Part shown: positions 1 through 6,999 of the stretch, in pieces
Layout: every line of letters begins with the position of its first letter
Position numbering within the stretch: the first letter of the stretch is position 1
Source: Kiritimatiellia bacterium
GTDB taxonomy: Bacteria > Verrucomicrobiota > Kiritimatiellia > CAIQIC01 > JAGNIJ01
Reading direction: 5' to 3'
DNA length: 64,000 nt
Assembly: GCA_018001225.1 (NCBI GenBank)
Contig: JAGNIJ010000001.1
Coordinates: 155,384 to 219,383, forward strand
Position numbers and translations under genes: made by a program
Notes under the pieces: generated by a model
What the model was told of the DNA's origin: nothing
Seen by the model: only the letters and a program-made list of their open reading frames with translations
The model's database searches: none

Positions 1-373
1 GCGGGGCGTCGTCCTTTGCGTCCCCCGAATCCGCGGGGCAGCGGAAGACGCGGACATCGCCTACGTACGGGTACAGCGCGGTCTGGATCCCGTTCCCGAT
101 CGTGTTGAGGACGCGGCCTTCCGCCCGGTCGGACGCGGACAGCGTCTTCTTCTTGATCTCGTACTTGGGCGGGAGCAGGCCGGCGTGGTCGGCGGCGTAC
201 AGGACGTACCCGACGCACACCTGCCGCAGGTTGGCGAGGCAGGCCTGGCGTTGGGACCGCCACCGGGCCGTCCGGACCTGCACGGTGAGCAGTCCGGTCA
301 GCAGGCCCAGCACGGTGACGACCGTCAGCAGCTCGGTCAGCGTGAACCCGTCCGCGGCGCCGCGCCTCCTCAC
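1..373 (-). CDS. prepilin-type N-terminal cleavage/methylation domain protein (pseudopilin-like); partial, runs off the window start
   Basis: Minus-strand reading from a GTG at 371-373 gives MRRRGAADGFTLTELLTVVTVLGLLTGLL..., the classic short basic leader plus GFTL(I/T)ELL prepilin motif and hydrophobic helix. The GTG overlaps the upstream stop (GTGA). The 3' end lies beyond coordinate 1. Confidence 0.6.
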   Translation of the reverse strand, partial: MRRRGAADGFTLTELLTVVTVLGLLTGLLTVQVRTARWRSQRQACLANLRQVCVGYVLYAADHAGLLPPKYEIKKKTLSASDRAEGRVLNTIGNGIQTALYPYVGDVRVFRCPADSGDAKDDAP

Positions 374-1353
374 GGGGTCGCCCTCCCGGCCGGGAGATGG
401 GGATAGAGGGTTCGCATCAGTGCCGGCCAGTTGCCGCGCAGCGTCGCGTACGACTTGCCCAGTTCGCGCAGGGGCTTGTTCAGCAGCTTCAGACCGACGA
501 GCACCGCGGCCAGGTCGCCGAGGGCGATCCGGTCGGGAACGAGCGGCAGTGGCCAGGCGCGCGCGCCGACGATCAGGATCAGCAGCATCACCCATTCGGC
601 CAGACCGAGGAGCGCCTCCATCGCGCCCGTGAGGGTCTCGAGGACGACGAACCGCCGGAGCAGCTTCCGCTGGCGGTGTTTCAGGCCCTCGGATGCGCCC
701 TCCGCGACGTGGGCGGTCACCTCGCAATTCGCTTCCAGCACGCGCCGCTTGGCGCGCTGGAGCAGGGGGGTCAGGAAAAGGGGCCCGAGGACGCCGGGCG
801 CCGCGCTGGCGAGCAGGGCGCCCAGCCAGGCCGGCGCCAGCATCAACTGCCAGCCCGCGACGGCCGCGAGGCGGAACAGGTCGCGCCAGATGTTGGCGTA
901 GAGGGGGGACAGCGCCTTCTTGGCTTCGACGCAGTCATAGACCATGCGCGTCACGTCCTCGGTGGGATTGAGGACCGGCCGCCTCCGCAGCAGGTGTCGC
1001 TGCAGGGCAAAGACGACGGTGGACTCGTAGACCTTGCGCGTGACGCGCTCGACCATGCGGAGGAGGGCCAGGCCGAGCGCAATGCCGAGGTAGAGCCCCG
1101 TATGCGGAAGCGCCAGCCGGGCAAGGGCTCCGCCGGCCTTCTCCAGGGTCCCGACCGCGTCCCGCGCCACCCACGACAGGCTGGGCTCCGCCACGCTGAA
1201 GAGGATCGTCGCGGCCAGCTGCGCCGTGAACCACGCGGGATAGGTCCACAGCACGCGCCATGCATCGCGCAGCAGCACGCGGGAGGTGATGCGCGCGGGC
1301 GGTTCCGCGCCGATCTCCCAGGCACAGGGCTTCTCCACGACGGCGACGCTCAC
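370..1353 (-). CDS. ABC transporter transmembrane-domain protein (ABC_membrane type, exporter-like) with no fused ATPase domain
   Basis: 327-aa ORF with about six hydrophobic helices and the charged intracellular-loop pattern typical of type-I ABC exporter TMDs. No Walker A/B or LSGGQ motif is present, and the ORF ends 5' of the prepilin gene. Confidence 0.55.
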   Translation of the reverse strand: MSVAVVEKPCAWEIGAEPPARITSRVLLRDAWRVLWTYPAWFTAQLAATILFSVAEPSLSWVARDAVGTLEKAGGALARLALPHTGLYLGIALGLALLRMVERVTRKVYESTVVFALQRHLLRRRPVLNPTEDVTRMVYDCVEAKKALSPLYANIWRDLFRLAAVAGWQLMLAPAWLGALLASAAPGVLGPLFLTPLLQRAKRRVLEANCEVTAHVAEGASEGLKHRQRKLLRRFVVLETLTGAMEALLGLAEWVMLLILIVGARAWPLPLVPDRIALGDLAAVLVGLKLLNKPLRELGKSYATLRGNWPALMRTLYPHLPAGRATP

Positions 1354-1457
1354 CCGGATTCCTTTCCGCTCATACTCCGGTAAGCGTCCAAACCCGTGAA
1401 AAGGTTCACGTCCGGCGCGCGGCTGTTCGATGCGGGGGTGAAGGGGCTGCCGGCGTT

Positions 1458-1961
1458 CTACAATCCGGCCAGCTTTCGCTTGAACTCGTCGAGGATGGCG
1501 GTCGTGATGTAGTGGGAGTCCACCTGGTGAATGCGCTGGCCCGCCTGCGTAGCCCGCGCTTTTGTAAGATGGTTCAGGCGCACCAGTTCGAGTAACATTT
1601 CCAGGCCCCAGAACACCGTCACCTTATTGGCGTCGCAAAGCTTGTGCAACTTCTGGTCGTTCGACCAGACCGCGCCGTTGTTGTCCCGCGCCACGACGAA
1701 GCAGAGCCGATCCTGGCGAGACGGGCCGCCGCGCATGGAAGCTTCTTCGATCTGCTGCATCGTGACTTCTAGAATTTCTATGCCCAGTCCCTGCGCTTCG
1801 GCTTCCGTCAGTTGGTCCACTTCTTCCAAGATGTTGCGTGGGACCCGGATGGGCAGGAACTTCGCGGAAACAACCCCGAGAATGTCGCGGCAATCCGCCT
1901 TGCAGAAGTCAATCAGCACACACGCATCGGAGATGAGGAGGACCGGTGGGCCTTGATTCAA
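1458..1961 (-). CDS. PIN-like nuclease domain protein (DUF4411-like), candidate toxin partner of the upstream ImmA/IrrE gene
   Basis: The annotated ORF (1458..2264) carries a low-complexity N-terminal extension that overlaps the ImmA gene in another frame. The conserved part begins ...PPVLLISDACVLIDFCKADCRDILG..., with PIN-like acidic residues and a leading beta-strand. The likely start is a TTG at 1959-1961 overlapping the ImmA stop; this start is uncertain. Confidence 0.5.
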   Translation of the reverse strand: MNQGPPVLLISDACVLIDFCKADCRDILGVVSAKFLPIRVPRNILEEVDQLTEAEAQGLGIEILEVTMQQIEEASMRGGPSRQDRLCFVVARDNNGAVWSNDQKLHKLCDANKVTVFWGLEMLLELVRLNHLTKARATQAGQRIHQVDSHYITTAILDEFKRKLAGL

Positions 1962-3103
1962 GGATGAGCCTCCCACTCGGCCAGCAGTTCCCTCGTTTCC
2001 CCGATGCTCATCCGGAGCATCTCGGCCGAGCGGCTCACGCTGATCTCGTTCTTGATGAGCGCCTGGCGGACCAGGAGCGCGAAACGGTCCTCGTAGAAGT
2101 CGTATTCGTTCAGTCGCACGGGCTCTTCGGCGGGTCGCCGCGGCGACGTGGGAACCAGCGGCTCGGGTTCCCGCTTGTAGTTCAGCTTCCCGCCGGTCCG
2201 TTGCTCGAAAGCGGTCTTGAACTGCCAGAATATCTTCCTCTTGTCCGCCAGCCCGGTTTCGCACAGGCGGTAGAGCACCGTCATCCAGCTCACGCGGAAC
2301 GTCCGCTTGGTTTTCAGCACGCGGTCAACCCAGTGCAGGCCCATGTTCCGATCCCATTCCGCCTTGAAGGCATCCTGCGGCATCAGGAAATGGGAGGCGA
2401 AAAGATCCGCCTCTCTTTCCTGCCGGGCATCCTCTTTTTCGACCTCGGGGTTGAACGAATCCTGGTGAAGAAGCAGGTGGCCCAGTTCGTGAGCGGCCGT
2501 GAATATCTGGCGTTCAACAGGAATGGGTTCCGCCGCGTTTACGGCAACGGCCGGACCGCCGTCGTCGGCGCCAACGGAGAAGCCAAACAGCCCCTTGATA
2601 TGCGACTGGACGATCCGGACCTTCACCCCGCCTTGCTCCAGAACGTCGCATACGTTGGGCACGCAATCTTCGCACGAAATGCCGAAATTATCGCGTCGTA
2701 CACTCTCCGCGAACCGGGCAATGTCCGCGGGCTTTCGGCTCGCAGGCTCAATGCGCACCTTTGGGCGCTCTTTCAGCATGTCCTCCAACTCGTTGAAATC
2801 AGCAACCCATTCCAGCGTATCAACAATCAACTGCTGGCGTTCGGCCCGCTCCTGGGCCGTGAGCGTGCTGTGCGCGCGAAAACGGAGCGTCTTTGGCTCC
2901 GGGGTCTTGGCGACCAACGCAAACACGTCCGTCGCAAGGGCGCGGGCTATCGCATCCAGCGTTGCAACGCGCGGCTCCGCCTTCCCGGTCTCGATGGCGC
3001 GGTACGCGACCCGGCTGATCCCGGCTTTTGCCGCCGCTTTCTCTTGCGTCATTTTCCGGATGGTTCGGAATCGCCGCAGGTTAATGGCAATCGAGTTGTT
3101 CAT
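1958..3103 (-). CDS. XRE-family HTH domain fused to an ImmA/IrrE-family zinc metallopeptidase
   Basis: N-terminal HTH_XRE (NLRRFRTIRKMTQEKAAAKAGISRVAYRAIETGK). Central HEXXH zinc-binding motif (AAHELGHLLLH) with the downstream ...E.. pattern typical of ImmA/IrrE (COG2856). Confidence 0.8.
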   Translation of the reverse strand: MNNSIAINLRRFRTIRKMTQEKAAAKAGISRVAYRAIETGKAEPRVATLDAIARALATDVFALVAKTPEPKTLRFRAHSTLTAQERAERQQLIVDTLEWVADFNELEDMLKERPKVRIEPASRKPADIARFAESVRRDNFGISCEDCVPNVCDVLEQGGVKVRIVQSHIKGLFGFSVGADDGGPAVAVNAAEPIPVERQIFTAAHELGHLLLHQDSFNPEVEKEDARQEREADLFASHFLMPQDAFKAEWDRNMGLHWVDRVLKTKRTFRVSWMTVLYRLCETGLADKRKIFWQFKTAFEQRTGGKLNYKREPEPLVPTSPRRPAEEPVRLNEYDFYEDRFALLVRQALIKNEISVSRSAEMLRMSIGETRELLAEWEAHP

Positions 3104-3346
3104 GTTCCCCTCTTAACGGTAGACTACGCTAACTTGTCATTTTGTAAATAATTATTATTAATGAAAAGTAAGGCTCGAGTGAAAAGGCATTCCGGTCCGT
3201 TTTCTTGAGCGCACAGGAAGAAGCTTCTTTTTCGACCAGAAGTACCTCATCCAGGGCGTCACGCTCACGGGGATGAAAGGTTGAGATTGCCGAGCCACCC
3301 TCCCGGGTGGTAGCGTGGAATTCTATCGTTAAATCCCGTTGCGGGA

Positions 3347-5905
3347 GTGGAGGTTGGAATGAAGCGGATGCTTGGCCCCTGCCTGATCCTTGTCCTGTTC
3401 TTCGGCCTGGCCGCCCCGGCGCAGGTCCCGTCCCTGATCAACTACCAGGGCCGGCTCATCAGTGGCACGAACCTTTACTCCGGAAGCACTGCGATCGTGT
3501 TCCGGCTGTACGGGTCCCTCCTGGGCGCGGACGTGCAGTATGTCGAGACGCAGACCGTGACCGTGGTGGACGGCCTGTACTCCACCCGGTTCGGGGGGAT
3601 TCCCGATTACGGGACCCTGGCCGCGGCCCTGACCAACCAGCCGCTCTTCCTCGAGGTCCAGGTGGGCGGAGCGGTGCTGACGCCCCGGGAACGCGTCGCG
3701 GCCGTGGCGTATGCCGTGGTGGCCGAGGGCGTGGAACCCGGAGCCATCACCAGCAGCATGCTCGCCGATGACGCGGTGACCAGCAACAAGATCGCGAACA
3801 ACACCATCACGGGAGCCAAGATCGTCAACAACTCCCTGACCAGCGATGACCTGGCCGCCGGGGCCGTGGACACGGACGAACTCGTGGACGGGGCGGTGAC
3901 CTGGTGGAAACTGCAGGACGGCGGCTACTGGCGGCTGGCCGGCAACGCCGGCACGACGAGCGACACGCATTTCATCGGGACCACGGACGACCAGGCGCTG
4001 AACTTCAAGGTGAACGGCTCGCGCGCGTTTCGCCTCGTGCCGAACGCGAGCGGTCCCTCCGTGATCGGCGGGAGCGAAGCCAATACGAACGTGAACTCGA
4101 TGTACGGCGTGACCATCGCGGGAGGCGGCACGGCCGTGTTTCCGAACCGGGCTGGCGGCTCCCATTCCACCATTAGCGGCGGGTATGGAAACGAGATTGA
4201 TACCACCCTGGCTGTGATCGGGGGTGGCTACCTCAACGCCGTGCGGAGTCTGGCGTCGGCAGGCGTCATCGGCGGCGGCGAGTATAATGCCATCAGCAAT
4301 AGCTCTCCGTTTGCCGTGATCGGGGGCGGATTCGGCCACAGCATTGGAACAAACTCCTATTATGCCACCATCGCCGGAGGCCGCGGGAATACGGTGGCAG
4401 GGTATGCCTCGCTTATCAGCGGCGGGTCGAACAATATGGTGAAAGGAAGCAGTTCGGTGGTCGGAGGGGGGGAAGACAACACGGCGATTGCGGACCGCAG
4501 CGTGGTGGGTGGGGGGGCGTCCAACGTGATGTCCAACGCCTGGGCGTGCGTCATCGGCGGGGGCGTGGGCAATACCATTATCGCGCCGTACGGGTCTGAA
4601 TACTCCACGATCGCGGGGGGTTGGGGCGGCCGGATCGAGAACTCGGCCGACTATGCCACCATCGGCGGAGGAGAGGGCAACCTTGTGTCGAATCAGTATG
4701 CCACCATCGCCGGCGGCTGGCGAAACGTGGCCCGGGGCCAGAGTTCCACCGTCGGCGGAGGCAGCTTCAACGATGCCCGGGGATTTGACGCCGCCGTCGC
4801 GGGGGGAAGAAATAACGCGGCGCGCGAGGATTACGCCTTCGTGGGCGGGGGTCGGGACAACCAGGTAAGCAACGAATACAGCGCCATCACGGGTGGACGG
4901 ACCAACAGGATTTTGGCTGCTCCGTATTCGTTCATCGGTGGGGGGAGTGACAACATCGGGCGGGACGAGTCCTACATCGTGATCGGCGGGGGAAATCGCA
5001 ATGACGCCCTCGCGCGGTTCGCCACGATCGCCGGCGGGACCCGGAATGTCGCGGGCGGCACGGCCTCGTTTGTCGGCGCCGGGACCAACAACCAGGCGGT
5101 GGGCGCCTTCTCCGCCGTCGCGGGCGGTCGGGGCAACCTGGCCAATGCCGAGGGCGCGACCGTTTCGGGCGGGTCCGGCAACGGCGCGGATGCCCTGTCG
5201 TTTGTGGGCGGCGGCGCCGGAAACCTGGCGGCGGGGCGGGCCGGGGTCATCGGCGGCGGGTCCAACAATGCCGTGGTGGCCGGTGCGGACTACAGCGCCA
5301 TCGGCGGCGGCGTGAACAACCAGGTCGGCGGCGACTACGCGACCATCCCGGGCGGCCGCGACAACCAGGCGAGCAACGCCTATTCCTTTGCTGCCGGCCG
5401 GCGCGCCAAGGCGACCAATGACGGGTCGTTCGTGTGGGGCGATTCCATAGACATGGATGTGGGTTCCCGCGGCGCCAACTCGGTGACGTTCCGCTGCGAC
5501 GGCGGGGTCAGCTTCCAGAACTTCGACGAAAGCTCGTACGCGAGATGGACGCCGGGCGCCGGGAGCTGGTCCATCGTGAGCGACCGGGCCCTGAAGGAGA
5601 ACATCGCGCCGGTGGACGGCCGCGACGTGCTGGAAAAAGTGGCGGCCCTGCCCATCGCGGAATGGAACTACAAGGGCTACGCGCAGCGCAACATCGGCCC
5701 CATGGCGCAGGATTTCCACGCCCTCTTCCCGTTCGAGGGCAGCACCGATACCTCGCTGAACTCCGGCCATCTCGACGGCGTGGCCCTCGCGGCCATCCAG
5801 GGTCTGTACGGCCTGGTGAAGGATCTCCAGGCCGAAAATGAACAGCTCAAAGGCGAGCTGGCCGCCCTCCGCGCCCGGATCTCCACCGCCGAAGACCGCG
5901 ACTGA
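3347..5905 (+). CDS. secreted tail-fibre-like beta-helical repeat protein with a C-terminal peptidase-S74 intramolecular chaperone (autoproteolytic) domain
   Basis: Signal peptide (MKRMLGPCLILVLFFGLAAPAQV). About 600 aa of G-rich repeats of the form (I/V)(I/A)GGG..N. The C-terminus ...SDRALKENIAPVDGRDVLEKVAALPIAEWNYKG...MAQDFHALFP...GVALAAIQGLY...LQAENEQLKGELAALRARI matches the S74/endosialidase chaperone domain, including the Ser-x4-Lys dyad motif SDxxxK. The preferred start is the ATG at 3359 (MKRML...); an upstream ATG at 3347 is in frame. Confidence 0.8.
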   Translation: MEVGMKRMLGPCLILVLFFGLAAPAQVPSLINYQGRLISGTNLYSGSTAIVFRLYGSLLGADVQYVETQTVTVVDGLYSTRFGGIPDYGTLAAALTNQPLFLEVQVGGAVLTPRERVAAVAYAVVAEGVEPGAITSSMLADDAVTSNKIANNTITGAKIVNNSLTSDDLAAGAVDTDELVDGAVTWWKLQDGGYWRLAGNAGTTSDTHFIGTTDDQALNFKVNGSRAFRLVPNASGPSVIGGSEANTNVNSMYGVTIAGGGTAVFPNRAGGSHSTISGGYGNEIDTTLAVIGGGYLNAVRSLASAGVIGGGEYNAISNSSPFAVIGGGFGHSIGTNSYYATIAGGRGNTVAGYASLISGGSNNMVKGSSSVVGGGEDNTAIADRSVVGGGASNVMSNAWACVIGGGVGNTIIAPYGSEYSTIAGGWGGRIENSADYATIGGGEGNLVSNQYATIAGGWRNVARGQSSTVGGGSFNDARGFDAAVAGGRNNAAREDYAFVGGGRDNQVSNEYSAITGGRTNRILAAPYSFIGGGSDNIGRDESYIVIGGGNRNDALARFATIAGGTRNVAGGTASFVGAGTNNQAVGAFSAVAGGRGNLANAEGATVSGGSGNGADALSFVGGGAGNLAAGRAGVIGGGSNNAVVAGADYSAIGGGVNNQVGGDYATIPGGRDNQASNAYSFAAGRRAKATNDGSFVWGDSIDMDVGSRGANSVTFRCDGGVSFQNFDESSYARWTPGAGSWSIVSDRALKENIAPVDGRDVLEKVAALPIAEWNYKGYAQRNIGPMAQDFHALFPFEGSTDTSLNSGHLDGVALAAIQGLYGLVKDLQAENEQLKGELAALRARISTAEDRD

Positions 5906-5907
5906 CG

Positions 5908-6375
5908 TCAGCCATCCTTCAGGAAATCCAGCACCTCGGCCGGGTGCGTGGCGGCGTCCGCGACCTTGGGCCAGTGCTTGAGGACCTTGCCGTCGGGGCC
6001 GATGACGACCGTCGAACGGATCGTCCCCTCGACCGGCTTGCCGTACATCAGCTTCCTGCCCCACGCGCCGTAGGCCTTCATGACCGCCAGGTCCGGGTCG
6101 GAGAGCAGGGTGAAGGGCAGCTTGAAGTCCTTGATGAACCGGTCGTGCGCGGCGAGGCTGTCCCGGCTGACGCCGAGCACGACGGCGTCGCGCTTCGCGA
6201 ATTCCTTTTTCAGGTCGCGAAATCCGCAGGCCTCCTTCGTGCAGCCGGGCGTGTTGTCCCTCGGGTAGAAATACAGGACCACCGTCCGCCCCGCGTAGTC
6301 CTTCAAAGCGTGCGTCTTTCCGTCCGAGCCCTTCAAGTTGAATACCGGCGCCCTCTTGCCTGCGAGTGTTTTCAT
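5908..6375 (-). CDS. bcp: thiol peroxidase / peroxiredoxin Bcp (AhpC/TSA family)
   Basis: 155 aa with the YFYPRDNTPGCTKEACGFRD motif (peroxidatic Cys in PGCT) and full-length similarity to Bcp. Confidence 0.9.
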   Translation of the reverse strand: MKTLAGKRAPVFNLKGSDGKTHALKDYAGRTVVLYFYPRDNTPGCTKEACGFRDLKKEFAKRDAVVLGVSRDSLAAHDRFIKDFKLPFTLLSDPDLAVMKAYGAWGRKLMYGKPVEGTIRSTVVIGPDGKVLKHWPKVADAATHPAEVLDFLKDG

Positions 6376-6441
6376 GGTGTGGATCCTTTCGCGCCCACTA
6401 TAGCCCGCGTCGCGCGGTTTTCCAGCAGGCGGGTCGGAACC

Positions 6442-6993
6442 CTACCGTGTTTTGGCGGCGCGGCGCTCCATGGCCAGGGCCCGGACCTCCGGGTCGAGTT
6501 CGTCCAGGATGCGCGCGAAGTCCGCGTCGCCCGCGGTGTCGCCGAGGATGACGGAGAGCAGGTTATCCGCCGCGCGCCGGGTCGCCAGGTCGGCGGTGAA
6601 GGGCGGGGAAAGCCAGGCGTCCAAGGTGCGGTCCGGATCGTATCCCGCCGCGGCGATCCCCCGCCGCGCCGCGCGGGACGCGGCGACGGCGTAGGGCAGC
6701 CCGGGGCTCTCGGCCTCGAGTTCCCGGGTCGCCCGGCTGCTGGCCTCCTGGAATCGCTCCAGGTCCGGCGCGGCCAGCGGCATGACGGAGGACCCGGCCG
6801 GGGCCGGCGCCATTTCGGGTGATATGACCGTTTTGCTCGACGGCGCGGCGGGTATTTCGGGTGACATGACCGATTGGCTCGATGCCGCGGCGGGGCGCGG
6901 CGCCTCCCGCCGTGCCAGGAACCACACGACCGCGGCAAGCCCGATAACCAGGATCACCAGTCCCTTGCGGGACGCTGGATGGAGCGCGGCCAT
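6442..6993 (-). CDS. hypothetical membrane-anchored protein with an internal 15-aa tandem repeat
   Basis: One N-terminal TM helix (LVILVIGLAAVVWFLA), a Pro/Ala/Ser-rich linker encoded by a 45-nt direct repeat, and an acidic C-terminal domain. No recognisable family. Confidence 0.4.
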   Translation of the reverse strand: MAALHPASRKGLVILVIGLAAVVWFLARREAPRPAAASSQSVMSPEIPAAPSSKTVISPEMAPAPAGSSVMPLAAPDLERFQEASSRATRELEAESPGLPYAVAASRAARRGIAAAGYDPDRTLDAWLSPPFTADLATRRAADNLLSVILGDTAGDADFARILDELDPEVRALAMERRAAKTR

Positions 6994-6999
6994 GACGCG

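Noticed and set aside
1962-2264. Roughly 100-aa N-terminal extension of the PIN-like ORF that overlaps the ImmA/IrrE gene.
   Set aside because: It is a low-complexity Arg/Ala/Gly-rich translation in an alternative frame of the ImmA gene. The conserved PIN-like sequence begins at the ImmA stop.
3329-6064. 911-aa antisense ORF opposite the tail-fibre gene. Many similar long ORFs overlap real genes on the other strand or in other frames (for example 6563-8008, 6874-8622, 8300-10768, 8749-11367, 11743-13221, 14453-15922, 16842-18008, 18171-19940, 20323-21270, 24384-26309, 27801-29837, 29344-31287, 35510-37021, 37368-38759, 41606-43087, 44182-45519, 47863-49395, 55218-56480, 58224-59276, 60995-62641, 62443-63801).
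   Set aside because: These are high-GC artefacts. Their translations are low-complexity (Arg/Gly/Ala/Pro-rich) with no domain signatures, whereas the overlapping frame has clear conserved motifs.
3104-6400. Possible prophage, considered because a tail-fibre/S74 gene sits next to an XRE/ImmA switch.
   Set aside because: There are no integrase, terminase, capsid, portal or other tail genes nearby. Flanking genes are cellular (bcp, a GH31 hydrolase). A full prophage is not supported within this window.
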